From an uncultured Candidatus Saccharibacteria bacterium (GTDB lineage Bacteria > Patescibacteriota > Minisyncoccia > Phycocordibacterales > UBA9973), in contig CAYUQD010000001.1 of assembly GCA_964446965.1 (NCBI GenBank), positions 21,586 through 85,585 on the forward strand: a stretch of 64,000 nt of DNA, given 5' to 3'. The translations under genes and the position numbers were made by a program. Numbering within the stretch: the stretch's first letter is position 1; the number at the start of each line of letters is the position of its first letter. Below, one piece after another: positions 29,037 to 39,043 of this stretch. Under the pieces are notes generated by a model. That model was not told the DNA's origin. It made no database searches and was given only the letters and a program-made list of their open reading frames with translations.

Positions 29037-30338
29037 TTATTTCATATATCCCCAGTTTCGAAGCTTTTCATGATCCTCATTCACAAACTTATGTCCGATG
29101 TCGTCACGATAGAGCATCTTGGGAAAGTGGATTTTACTAATAATACTTTTTGACATCTTTTGTGCCTCCATTACATCTGGCGCAACTGCGGTAACATAGA
29201 GAATATATCCTCGGGTATCAGAGATATAGTATCGCCCCTCGTTACTCTTGGATACTTCTTCGAAATGCACGTGTGAAAATTCTTCGGGGGTTATATTGTC
29301 AAAATAAATAGTTGTACCTTCTGCGAGAGCATTCTCTTCGGAGTCTGCACCGTACGGGAATGGGGGAGCTGCAAGGAGGGTCACGATACCGTATCCAGGC
29401 TTCCATTTGAGGTCGTAGGACTCACCCTTGGCAATGGCATGGAGGAATTCGCCCCATGGTGAGATGTGTAGTTCATCATGCAAATGCACAATCGGAGAGC
29501 CAAATCGTGACGTTGCTTCGAGTGGATAGATACCAGTTTCGTTAACGATGCAGTTGATTTCGAAATCGCCTCTAAAGTCGATCTGTTGCAAGTATGCCTT
29601 GAATGGGGCAAGAATCTCTAAAAATAGGCGGCCGTGTTCATTATCGTCATACCATGCAAGGGTTCCCATCTCACTAGTGAGAGGGCCAATATCTCCTGGG
29701 AAGAATCGTGTATGTTCGAGGTTGTACTCGATAGGACCCACCCAATCAGTACCATTGAAATACCTTCCAACACCTATCTCCACACCTTCAATTTTTTGTT
29801 GGAGACTGACTTTTTCTTTGCGATATTTTTTGCTTTGGGAATATGTAGTAAGCATATCTATCACATCGCGACCATCGGAGAATCTGCCGATATAGTTGAG
29901 AACCTTGGAATAGTGGTGATTGTTTTGTTTGATAACCCATGCTTGTGGATTCTTCCGTGCATAGGCAATAGCATCGGTAATAGAATCAAAATCACGAAGG
30001 GGAGCAGTTTTGAGACCATGTTGCGCAAAGAGTTTCTGCCCAAAATCTCTATCCTGCTCAATCTTATCTCCAATTGCACTACCTCCAAATACTGTGTACC
30101 CCTTCGCTCGCAGTGAATCTTGTATATCTCCATATCCAACGTCATCAAAGACGATCAGTCCATCTTTGCCTACCCATTTCAATTCTCGTTTCCAGTTTGT
30201 CACGACAGTTAGAATATTTGCGAAGTTTCGACGACGTTTTTTGTCTTCGATATAGAGCTTTACATCATTTCCTTCATTTTGAAGTATGCGAGCTAGGTTG
30301 CCCGCAATAAGGTCTGTTGATATAAACAAAATTCTCAT
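29037..30338 (-). CDS. PurD-like ATP-grasp ligase
   Basis: GDKIEQDRDFG, WVIKQ, GVEIGVG, GPLTSEMGT, LEATSRFGSP, YRDDIG; start set at ATG 30338. Confidence 0.8.
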   Translation of the reverse strand: MRILFISTDLIAGNLARILQNEGNDVKLYIEDKKRRRNFANILTVVTNWKRELKWVGKDGLIVFDDVGYGDIQDSLRAKGYTVFGGSAIGDKIEQDRDFGQKLFAQHGLKTAPLRDFDSITDAIAYARKNPQAWVIKQNNHHYSKVLNYIGRFSDGRDVIDMLTTYSQSKKYRKEKVSLQQKIEGVEIGVGRYFNGTDWVGPIEYNLEHTRFFPGDIGPLTSEMGTLAWYDDNEHGRLFLEILAPFKAYLQQIDFRGDFEINCIVNETGIYPLEATSRFGSPIVHLHDELHISPWGEFLHAIAKGESYDLKWKPGYGIVTLLAAPPFPYGADSEENALAEGTTIYFDNITPEEFSHVHFEEVSKSNEGRYYISDTRGYILYVTAVAPDVMEAQKMSKSIISKIHFPKMLYRDDIGHKFVNEDHEKLRNWGYMK

Positions 30339-30489
30339 GTACAATTTATTATAATGAAAATGAGTAAAAATACAATACTGTATATTGTAATACTCCTTAC
30401 TATAGTGTGTAGTATCGCTATCACAGCAGAACAGACATTGGTGCGTCAAGATTATCATGTATTAGAACAAGAAACTGAGACCCAATAGT

Positions 30490-32178
30490 ATGCAATCTAT
30501 TCTTTCCAATATATGCGCAGATTCCGCTCCAACATTCCTTGGATTATTTGATCCGAGTATTGCCCCTACACTTCTCTATTACGCATATATACCTGCTGTT
30601 GTGGCAGCGATGTTTTTTGCATGTTTTCTACTTATCAAAGACAAGAAATCACTGCTTAGTAAACTCTTGTTCGGAATAGCTTTGTTTTTCTCATTATGGG
30701 TTATTAATATAATTGTACAGTGGATCGCAGTTCCTAATCCGGTAATTCATTTCAGTTGGCAGTTAACAGGGATTTTTGAACTTCCTATATTCTTGTTATC
30801 TGTATATTTTATTGACGTATTTATTAATCAAAAAGATATTTCGTTCCGAAAGAAGTTGGTACTAACATCACTTTATCTGGGAGCGATCGTGTTTGTGCCC
30901 ACCCAATTTAATATTGCATCATATGACAGTATTTTGTGTCAGGGGGTTGTGGGTAATTTGTGGCACTACATATATGGTGTTGAGTTCTTGTCTATTTTGT
31001 GGATAGGGTATCTGTCTATATCTGCATACAAACGATATAGTAGTGACAAATATTTGCGACAACGTGCACTGATGATGTCTATCGGAATGGTTATCTTTTT
31101 GGGAATATTTTTTGCTTCAAATTATTATGGAGAAATCCTTCAAAATTATGAATTGAACCTCATCGGACCTATCGGTATGGCGCTCTTTCTCGGATTTGTT
31201 GCGTATGTCGTTGTGAAGTACAAAACATTCAAAGCTCATATCATTTGGGCACAAGTATTGGTATGTGCGCTATGGATTACTGTATTTTCGTTGTTGTTTA
31301 TTAGTAATATCAAAATCATTCACTATATCGTGAGCATCACTTTTGTGATATTGATCGGATTTGGAATATTGCTAATTAAAAGTATTAGTAGAGAGGTACA
31401 GCAGCGCGAACGGCTCGAAGAACTACGAATCATACTTGAACAAACAAATGCAAGCTTAGAATCTGCCAACGAAAAGCTCAAGAGTGTCGACAAGCTCAAG
31501 ACCGAATTCCTCTCACTCGCATCCCATCAGTTGCGTACACCACTGACCGCTATCAAGGGGTACTCATCGATGCTCATCGAGGGATCGTTCGGCAAACTCA
31601 CCAAGAAAATTGACGAACCAATCAAGCGCATCTATACCTCGGCCCAAGGACTCGTCAGTATCGTTGAGGACCTCCTCAATGTATCCAAGATCGAGCAGGG
31701 CGGTATGAAGTACGAGATGTCTCCGACCGACCTCGCACCGATCGTCCACAACCTCTATGGTGAAATGCAGATACCTGCGCAGAGCAAGAACATCATATTC
31801 ACCATGGATGTCGATGAGGCACAGAAGTTCGTCGCAAATGTCGACCCGGTCAAGATCAAGCAAGTATTCCTCAACCTCACTGACAACAGCATCAAGTACA
31901 CGCCACAGGACGGTACGGTGACTATATCGCTGCGTCGAGTGGATGGGACGATCGAGTTTGCAGTCAAAGACAATGGTGTAGGTATCACACCTGAGACCAA
32001 GGCAAAGCTCTTTGAGAAATTTAGTCGCGGAGAAGGTGGCAAGATGAATACGGGAGGTAGCGGACTCGGACTCTATCTTGCAAGGCAGATTGCTCTCGCA
32101 CACAAGGGTGATGTCGTCATCGAGAGCGATGGTATGAACAAGGGGTCAGTATTCAAAGTGGTGTTGCCTGCGTTTTAA
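30490..32178 (+). CDS. Multi-TM sensor histidine kinase (HisKA/HATPase), orphan
   Basis: ASHQLRTPL H-box, NLTDNSIKYT N-box, DNGVGI, GSGLGL; about 8-9 N-terminal TM helices. Confidence 0.93.
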   Translation: MQSILSNICADSAPTFLGLFDPSIAPTLLYYAYIPAVVAAMFFACFLLIKDKKSLLSKLLFGIALFFSLWVINIIVQWIAVPNPVIHFSWQLTGIFELPIFLLSVYFIDVFINQKDISFRKKLVLTSLYLGAIVFVPTQFNIASYDSILCQGVVGNLWHYIYGVEFLSILWIGYLSISAYKRYSSDKYLRQRALMMSIGMVIFLGIFFASNYYGEILQNYELNLIGPIGMALFLGFVAYVVVKYKTFKAHIIWAQVLVCALWITVFSLLFISNIKIIHYIVSITFVILIGFGILLIKSISREVQQRERLEELRIILEQTNASLESANEKLKSVDKLKTEFLSLASHQLRTPLTAIKGYSSMLIEGSFGKLTKKIDEPIKRIYTSAQGLVSIVEDLLNVSKIEQGGMKYEMSPTDLAPIVHNLYGEMQIPAQSKNIIFTMDVDEAQKFVANVDPVKIKQVFLNLTDNSIKYTPQDGTVTISLRRVDGTIEFAVKDNGVGITPETKAKLFEKFSRGEGGKMNTGGSGLGLYLARQIALAHKGDVVIESDGMNKGSVFKVVLPAF

Positions 32179-32191
32179 TTGATATTACTCG

Positions 32192-32278
32192 GTAGTCAAG
32201 CGACGAAGTAGTATTTCTGGAGAACTGTTTGAGCGAAGCGAGTTTTCGCAAGAAATACTACTTTGGAGCGAAGACTAC
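32192..32278. repeat. Long imperfect palindrome (REP/MITE-like) between convergent genes
   Basis: AAGTAGTATTTCT...AGAAATACTACTT stem, inner GAGAACT/AGTTTTC, loop GAGCGAAGCG, outer GTAGTC/GACTAC. Confidence 0.6.
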
Positions 32279-32281
32279 AAG

Positions 32282-33661
32282 CTATTGTAAGACCGTACCA
32301 TCTGCAGTGTCGAGGACTTCGTAGCCGAGGGCTTCGAGGCTTTTGCGTAGAGTATCTGATGTCGCGAAGTCTTTGGACGCGCGAGCAGTATCGCGCTGTA
32401 CAAGGAGTTCTCTCGCCTCATCGGTAATGATAAATGAGGGGACTTGCTCGAGGTCGAGACCGAGTACGATGTCAAAATGGATGAGGGTCGCCCATTTGTC
32501 AGCGTCAGAGATCGTATTGTCACCAAAGAGTTCCCAGAGAACGGCGAGCGCGACTGAGGTATTGAGGTCGTCTTGGAGGGCGAGGATAAATCTGCCGGTA
32601 TACACAGCATTGATCTTGCCGATGGCGTGTTGGCGTGAGGCGAAGCGTTTGAGTTTCTTGAGTTGTTCGTTGGCGGTGTCGAGCGAGTCCCAGGTGAAGT
32701 TGAGCGGTTTGCGGTAGCTCGTCTGCATGAACATGAGGCGGACCGCGACAGGGTCAATATTTCGGGCAAGAATATCATCGAGCTTGTAGAAGTTTTGCAA
32801 ACTCTTGGACATTTTGACCCCATCGACGAGGAGGAAGTCGTGGTGTACCCAATACTTCACAAAGTCGTGTCCAGTCGTACACTCGCTCTGCGCGATTTCA
32901 TTTTCGTGGTGCACGGGGATGTGGTCGATACCACCAGTGTGGATGTCGATGGTCTCGCCGAGGTACTTCATACTCATCGCACTACACTCAATGTGCCACC
33001 CAGGGAAGCCGTCGCCCCATGGAGAAGGCCAGTACATGGCATGATCAGCGTATTTGCCAATGCGTTTGAACCACAGCGCAAAATCAGCAGGATTCTTTTT
33101 TGCAGGATCGATGACAACGTCATCTCGTACCGCGACTTCCTTGTCAGCGAGCTTTTGGCCTGAGAAGTGTCCGTAGTCAGGATCTTTTGCGGTGTCGAAA
33201 TAGAGCGCGTGCGCCGTCTCATACGCGAAGCCTTTCGCAATGAGTGTCTCAATCATCTGGATCATTTCTGGGATATGATCTGTTGCCTTGGGTTGGATAG
33301 TAGGACGAAGTACATGCACTGCGCGCATTGTGGTATCAAAATAGTCAGTGTAATGCTGTACAACATCCCAGACAGATCTCTGCTCTTTTTGGGCGCGCGT
33401 CTCGAGTTTGTCTTCACCAAAATCGGTGTCGTTGGCAAGGTGTCCGACATCGGTGACATTCATCACATGCTTCACTTCGTACCCGAGCAGTGTCAGTGTG
33501 CGTCGCAATATGTCATCCCCAATATATTTGCGCATGTGTCCGATGTGTGTGTAGTCGTATACGGTCGGACCGCAGGCATACATGGTGACTACAGGTGCAT
33601 GCAATGGCACAAATGCTTCGATAGAGCGAGATTTTGTATTGTAGAGATTGAGAGATTCCAT
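32282..33661 (-). CDS. cysS: Cysteine--tRNA ligase
   Basis: CGPTVYD..HIGH, PGWHIECSAM, HHENE, KMSKS. Confidence 0.98.
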   Translation of the reverse strand: MESLNLYNTKSRSIEAFVPLHAPVVTMYACGPTVYDYTHIGHMRKYIGDDILRRTLTLLGYEVKHVMNVTDVGHLANDTDFGEDKLETRAQKEQRSVWDVVQHYTDYFDTTMRAVHVLRPTIQPKATDHIPEMIQMIETLIAKGFAYETAHALYFDTAKDPDYGHFSGQKLADKEVAVRDDVVIDPAKKNPADFALWFKRIGKYADHAMYWPSPWGDGFPGWHIECSAMSMKYLGETIDIHTGGIDHIPVHHENEIAQSECTTGHDFVKYWVHHDFLLVDGVKMSKSLQNFYKLDDILARNIDPVAVRLMFMQTSYRKPLNFTWDSLDTANEQLKKLKRFASRQHAIGKINAVYTGRFILALQDDLNTSVALAVLWELFGDNTISDADKWATLIHFDIVLGLDLEQVPSFIITDEARELLVQRDTARASKDFATSDTLRKSLEALGYEVLDTADGTVLQ

Positions 33662-33670
33662 GGGAGAGGG

Positions 33671-34588
33671 TTAGAGCCAGCGACGTATTTTGAAAAAGAA
33701 AAAGAGCACAATCCCTGTCACGATCATCGCACCAATGACAAAGAAGAAGTCATCGAGTGATTTGATAAAAATGAGGTCGGAATCCGTATTCATCCCAAAG
33801 ATACCTGTAATGAGTGTGAGTGGGAGCATGACGAAGGTCATGATAGTGAAGTTCTTCATGATCTCATTACTCTTGGTCGAGAGCAGGGTATCGTTGGTGC
33901 GCTGGAGCTCGCCGAGAACTTCACGATGACTCTCGAGTATGGAGTTAACTTTCTTGTACTCACTTGTTGCAACCTCTGCATAGTATGCGTACTCATCGCC
34001 AAAGAGTCTGCGACTCGCGCTCTCGTATGAGTCGAGGACTTCTGCATGAAAGCGGACGGACTGTTTGAAGTCGAGGAGTGTCCGTGATACATGCGATATA
34101 TCTCGAACGATAGAGGATTGGTTGTTGGTAAAGATGCGAGACTCTATCTCCTTGAGGGTGAGGGTGAGGGATTCGAGTTGGTGGAGCGATGAGCGATAGA
34201 GGAGTTTGGTCAGCTGCATAAAGAGGAATGCTCCATGGGGAGTCATTGCGACCTGACTGGTGAGTGTGTGCTTCTCGAAGAGTTTGGCAAAAGAATCCAC
34301 TGCGTGGATCTGCTCGTACCGTACCGTGATGAGGAACTTGTCGCCGACGATGAAGTCGACCTCTTGCTCGTCATTGCCATTGTCGGCTGTATCGACGACG
34401 GGGAAATGGAGGACGAGATAGAGGAAGTTGGCGTATAGATCTACCTTGGAACGCATCGTATGATCGACGAGTTCTTGGCCGACGAGGTGGGGGATATTGA
34501 ATTCCTCAGTGATGAGCGCGGTTTCTTCAGATGTTGGATTTTCGAGGTCGATCCAAGTCAATCCATGCGCGCTGTAGCGTGAAATCAT
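33671..34588 (-). CDS. CorA family Mg2+ transporter
   Basis: WIDLENP, C-terminal two TM helices with GIFGMN signature. Confidence 0.9.
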   Translation of the reverse strand: MISRYSAHGLTWIDLENPTSEETALITEEFNIPHLVGQELVDHTMRSKVDLYANFLYLVLHFPVVDTADNGNDEQEVDFIVGDKFLITVRYEQIHAVDSFAKLFEKHTLTSQVAMTPHGAFLFMQLTKLLYRSSLHQLESLTLTLKEIESRIFTNNQSSIVRDISHVSRTLLDFKQSVRFHAEVLDSYESASRRLFGDEYAYYAEVATSEYKKVNSILESHREVLGELQRTNDTLLSTKSNEIMKNFTIMTFVMLPLTLITGIFGMNTDSDLIFIKSLDDFFFVIGAMIVTGIVLFFFFKIRRWL

Positions 34589-34699
34589 ACGCATATTGTA
34601 GCATTATGTCGCAAGGCCAGAAAGGGAAAACTCGCCCAAAAATGTCAGGGCTCCATAGGGTTGCAAAGAAACGGGAAATAAGTATAATGAGGTCCTATT

Positions 34700-35110
34700 A
34701 TGGCAGTCGCAAAAACAACCAAAAAGACAGTAGCCAAGAAAGCCCCTGCAAAGAAGGCTGCTCCAAAGGCCTCAAAATCCGAAGAATTTGCAGTGATTGC
34801 GACCGGTGGCAAGCAGTACCAAGTATCTGTTGGTGACACGATCACTATCGAGAAACTCGCCAATCCGAGCGGCGAAGCCTTCAAAAAGGGTGATAGTGTG
34901 ACATTTGACCATGTCCTCCTCGTCGACAATGGTGCAGATACTACCATCGGTATGCCCTACATTGCTGGTGCATCAGTAACTGGTGAAGTTGCAGTGGTCG
35001 GCCGCGCTGCAAAGGTCATCGTCCTTCGCTACAAGCAAAAGAGTCGTTACCAAAAGAAGAACGGCCACCGACAGCCATACCTCAAAGTGAAGATCACTGC
35101 TATCAAATAA
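34700..35110 (+). CDS. rplU: 50S ribosomal protein L21 (K/A-rich N-terminal extension)
   Basis: AVIATGGKQY, GHRQPY. Confidence 0.97.
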   Translation: MAVAKTTKKTVAKKAPAKKAAPKASKSEEFAVIATGGKQYQVSVGDTITIEKLANPSGEAFKKGDSVTFDHVLLVDNGADTTIGMPYIAGASVTGEVAVVGRAAKVIVLRYKQKSRYQKKNGHRQPYLKVKITAIK

Positions 35111-35218
35111 AAAACCCTCCATATCGGAGGTTTTTTTGTACTGAACATACCAACTTGATATATTACAAAAGTATGTTATAATGCAAAAAATCGTTATTTA
35201 CAACTAAATCAACTCTTT

Positions 35219-36952
35219 ATGGTCAAAAATTTGCGAAAAGTGTATTCGATATATCGGAAACACACTAAGCCTCATCAACAATGGGCACTCGGAACTATAT
35301 CTTCCTACTCACTTGCGACATGCACCCTTAATGTAATTGCTCCTATGTTTGCGGCTTCACTTTTTGCATTAATGGTAAAAAAGGACCCTAACATCTTCGA
35401 CACATTTTGGTTGCTCGTTGCTTCTGTTGTCGTAGCGCAAGTATTCTTTCGTTTAGGTGACTATTGTTTAAGTGTATTTGAAAATAAATCAATTTTTTCA
35501 TTACACCAAAAATCACTTGAAACTGTTATCAGTCAACCACATTATTTTTTTGCGAACAATCACTCCGGTGCTCTTATTGCTCGGATGAATCGTTTCATAA
35601 AAAGTTTTGAAGGAATGTTTGATAGTATCGCCTACACGTTTTTATTTTCCGCAGTACAAGTTATTGGTATCTGCATCGTTCTCTTTTTCAAATCTCCTAT
35701 TCTAGGAGGATTGGTATTAGGTTGGGCGATTGTGTATATGCTAACGAGTGTGAAAATGGCAAAGATCCGAAATCCAGTTGACTCTAAAGAAGCACAATTA
35801 AGTTCCGATCTTACTGCAGTAACTGCAGATATCATCGGCAACGCAATTACAGTACTTATTTTCGGTCAACGGAAAAAGGAAATTGCTCATTTTCAGCAAC
35901 AGAATGCGTTGTATGCAAAAGCACAGAAAAGGTCATGGGTGTTTAGTAATTTACAAAATGCCATTCAAGCAGTTCTTACGGGATCACTCGAGCTCGGAAG
36001 TTTGGGTATTGCTATCTTGCTCTGGAGCAAAGGGAAAATGAGCGCGGCAGACGTTGCACTTGTATACCTCTATATGAAGATTATTTCCGACACGATGTGG
36101 GAGGTTGGTAGAACATTTGTGAGATTCACAAAATACAATACCGATGCCTACGAAATGGTTGAAATTTTTGAAAAAACTCCAGAAGTAAACATGGCGGATC
36201 TTTCAGAAGATCAGCTCATAGCTGATGGATCAGTTATCATTAAGAATCTCACCTTTAGTTATTCTATTGGAAAAAATGTCTTTAGCGACTTACATCTCAC
36301 TATCGAACATGGTCAACATGTTGGCGTAGTTGGTAGTACGGGCGCAGGCAAATCAACATTGATTGCGATGCTTATGAAGCTTCGTGATCCAAACAACGGC
36401 GTTATTGAGATCGGCGGTGCCGACATTGCCAATATGGCACATGACGCATTACGCCGACAAATTGCTATCGTACCGCAAGACGTGTCACTACTCCATAGAA
36501 CAATATTTGAAAATATTGCATACGGAAAAGATAATCCAAGTATGGAAGAAGTGGTACAGGCTGCTAAAAAAGCAAAGATCCATGAAGAAATCATGAGCTT
36601 TAGCAAAGGCTATGAGACAGTAGTTGGCGAACGAGGGATCAAACTTTCGGGCGGCCAACGGCAACGTATCGCCATTGCCCGAGCATTACTGATTGATGCA
36701 AAAATCATCATATTAGATGAAGCAACAAGTTCACTTGATGCAATCACTGAAACACATATTCAAGATATTTTACAAAATCATCTTGAGGGAAGAACAGTGA
36801 TTATCATTGCACATCGCTTGGCAACTATTCGACATTGCGACCGTATTATCGTCTTAAATGACGGAAAAATTACGCAGGATGGTGCACATGCATCACTCAT
36901 GCAAGAAGATGGAATTTACTCAGAATTAGTTCGGCATCAATTTGCCAGTTAA
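35219..36952 (+). CDS. ABC exporter, fused TMD-NBD (MsbA-like)
   Basis: GSTGAGKST Walker A, LSGGQRQR, ILDEATS, IAHRL; AT-rich with own promoter. Confidence 0.93.
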   Translation: MVKNLRKVYSIYRKHTKPHQQWALGTISSYSLATCTLNVIAPMFAASLFALMVKKDPNIFDTFWLLVASVVVAQVFFRLGDYCLSVFENKSIFSLHQKSLETVISQPHYFFANNHSGALIARMNRFIKSFEGMFDSIAYTFLFSAVQVIGICIVLFFKSPILGGLVLGWAIVYMLTSVKMAKIRNPVDSKEAQLSSDLTAVTADIIGNAITVLIFGQRKKEIAHFQQQNALYAKAQKRSWVFSNLQNAIQAVLTGSLELGSLGIAILLWSKGKMSAADVALVYLYMKIISDTMWEVGRTFVRFTKYNTDAYEMVEIFEKTPEVNMADLSEDQLIADGSVIIKNLTFSYSIGKNVFSDLHLTIEHGQHVGVVGSTGAGKSTLIAMLMKLRDPNNGVIEIGGADIANMAHDALRRQIAIVPQDVSLLHRTIFENIAYGKDNPSMEEVVQAAKKAKIHEEIMSFSKGYETVVGERGIKLSGGQRQRIAIARALLIDAKIIILDEATSSLDAITETHIQDILQNHLEGRTVIIIAHRLATIRHCDRIIVLNDGKITQDGAHASLMQEDGIYSELVRHQFAS

Positions 36953-36956
36953 TTCA

Positions 36957-36989
36957 AACGGCTAACCTTACGAGGTTAGCCGTTTTTTT
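36957..36989. terminator. Bidirectional intrinsic terminator
   Basis: AACGGCTAACCT-tacg-AGGTTAGCCGTT followed by a T run. Confidence 0.8.
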
Positions 36990-37581
36990 ATTCCCTTTTC
37001 TTCAACGATGCATTCAGTGACTGCGCATCGGCGTATTCGAGTTCGGCGCCGGTAGAGAGGCCACGGCCGAGGCTTGAGAGCTCGACGGGGTATGATGCGA
37101 GTTGTTCGCGGACGACACTGTCGGTGTGCTCGCCGTTGGGAGTGATCGGGAAGGCGAGGATGACTTCGTAGGCGTTGAGACTCTCTTTTTCTATACGACT
37201 TTTGAGTTGGGCAATATTAGTCCCTGCGAGAATATTCTTTTGCACAATAGGGATGAGCCCGCCGAGTACAAAAAAGAGGCCGTTGTAGTCGGTCTTTGCA
37301 AAGCTATCAATATCCTGACTCTTCTCTACGACGATGAGTTGGGACTGATCACGCGATGTATCCCCACAGATATCGCAGTAGTCACCTGTGCCTTCGTAGA
37401 TGCGTAGACAGCGAGTACAGGTGTGCGCTTGGTTGCGAGCGTCGAGGAGTGAGCGCGCGAGGGTTGCGACGTAGTGCTCGGGTTGGGTGAGTATGAAGTA
37501 TGCAAAACGCGCGGCTTGGCGTTGACCAATACCAGGAAATTTGAGAAATAGTTGTGTGAGGCGCTCGAGTTCGTGGTGCAT
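36988..37581 (-). CDS. recR: Recombination mediator RecR
   Basis: PGIGQRQAAR HhH, CxxC...CxxC zinc finger, Toprim VVE, ELEYAD. Confidence 0.93.
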   Translation of the reverse strand: MHHELERLTQLFLKFPGIGQRQAARFAYFILTQPEHYVATLARSLLDARNQAHTCTRCLRIYEGTGDYCDICGDTSRDQSQLIVVEKSQDIDSFAKTDYNGLFFVLGGLIPIVQKNILAGTNIAQLKSRIEKESLNAYEVILAFPITPNGEHTDSVVREQLASYPVELSSLGRGLSTGAELEYADAQSLNASLKKRE

Positions 37582-37593
37582 AGAGAGTACTCG

Positions 37594-38982
37594 TTAGAAG
37601 TCGTCAAAGGTAACGGCTGACTTTTGCGCGCTTGCGAAGTTGGCATGGTCTTTGTCGAGCGAGAGGAATGACGTGGTCTTGCCATCAAAGAGTAACTGGA
37701 TAGAGCCGACTGCACCATTACGGTGCTTCTCGATCATGATATCGGTGATGTTGTCCTTCTCATCCTTGTAGCGGTCCTCGCGGTGGAGGAACATCACGAC
37801 GTCAGCATCCTGCTCGATACTACCGGAGTCTCGGAGGTCAGAGAGACGAGGTTTGCCACCACGAGTTTCGACCGCACGAGAGAGCTGGGCGAGTGCGAGG
37901 ACAGGGACTTCGAGTTCGCGCGCGAGTTGTTTGAGTGAGCGAGAGATCTCGGTGACTTGGTTGACCATGTTGTCATAGTTCTTGGATGTTGTCATGAGTT
38001 GCAAGTAGTCGATGACGATCAGTCCGAGACCGTGCTCACTCTTGAGGCGGCGAGCAACCGAACGCATCTTTACAATAGAGTTGCCGGCTTGGTCGTCGAT
38101 ATAGATCGGAGCTTTTTGCAATCGACTCGCTGCTTCTTGGAGGGTGGTGAAGTGTTGCGCGGTGATACCGTGACCAGTACGGATCGCCCATGCGTCCACG
38201 CGACTCTCTGCAGAGAGCATACGCTGGACGAGTTGTTGTGCTGACATTTCGAGCGAGAATATACCAACAGGGGTTCCCGCGAGCGCGACATTGCGTGCGA
38301 TGTCGAGCGCAAACGTCGTCTTACCCATACTTGGACGAGCGGCGAGGATGATGAGGTCACTCTTTTGCAATCCAGCGAGGATGTTGTCGAGGTCGACATA
38401 GCCAGTCGGTACACCGCGCACTTCGTCCTTGTGGTCACGCAGGTACTCGATCTGCTCGACGGTCTCGAGCAAGGACTGCTTGATAGAGACGAATGCATTC
38501 TTGGTCTGCATTGCGGATGAGACTTTGAATATTGCCTTCTCGGCAGTATCGAGGATCTCGGAAGTCTCCATATCATTCTCCTCATACGCGAGTGTTGCAA
38601 TGGACTCGGATGAGTCAATGAGAGAGCGCAAGATGAACTTTTTGTAGACGATGTCGCCGTAGTGACGGATGTTCACGGTGGAGGGGACATTGCTCATGAG
38701 CTCATTGAGATAGACGTTGCCACCGATCTCGGCGAGAGATTTCTTTTCTTTCAACACATTGGCAATGGAGAGCACATCGATCGGCTCGTTCTTGAGCGAG
38801 AGGTCCATGATATTGCGAAAGATGATCGCGTGCTTTTTTGCGTAGAACATATCAGGTGTGAGGAGGTCCACGATCTCGTGGATTGCAGCAGGACGGAGCA
38901 TGAGTGCACCGAGGACGGCCTGCTCGCTCTCAATAGAATGAGGTGGTACGCGGAGGTTGGAGAGACTTGAAGCCTTTTGCAT
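37594..38982 (-). CDS. dnaB: Replicative DNA helicase DnaB
   Basis: PPHSIESEQAVLG, AARPSMGKT, DYLQL, QLSR, DLRDSGSIEQDAD; no intein. Confidence 0.98.
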   Translation of the reverse strand: MQKASSLSNLRVPPHSIESEQAVLGALMLRPAAIHEIVDLLTPDMFYAKKHAIIFRNIMDLSLKNEPIDVLSIANVLKEKKSLAEIGGNVYLNELMSNVPSTVNIRHYGDIVYKKFILRSLIDSSESIATLAYEENDMETSEILDTAEKAIFKVSSAMQTKNAFVSIKQSLLETVEQIEYLRDHKDEVRGVPTGYVDLDNILAGLQKSDLIILAARPSMGKTTFALDIARNVALAGTPVGIFSLEMSAQQLVQRMLSAESRVDAWAIRTGHGITAQHFTTLQEAASRLQKAPIYIDDQAGNSIVKMRSVARRLKSEHGLGLIVIDYLQLMTTSKNYDNMVNQVTEISRSLKQLARELEVPVLALAQLSRAVETRGGKPRLSDLRDSGSIEQDADVVMFLHREDRYKDEKDNITDIMIEKHRNGAVGSIQLLFDGKTTSFLSLDKDHANFASAQKSAVTFDDF

Positions 38983-39043
38983 AGGATGATTGTACCACCT
39001 CGCTCTACTATTAAAAATCCACCATTTTTGATACTATATACCC

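Noticed and set aside
29037-30338. Calling the ATP-grasp gene purD
   Set aside because: Divergent N-terminus (no GSGGREH-type motif) and no other pur genes nearby; symbol withheld
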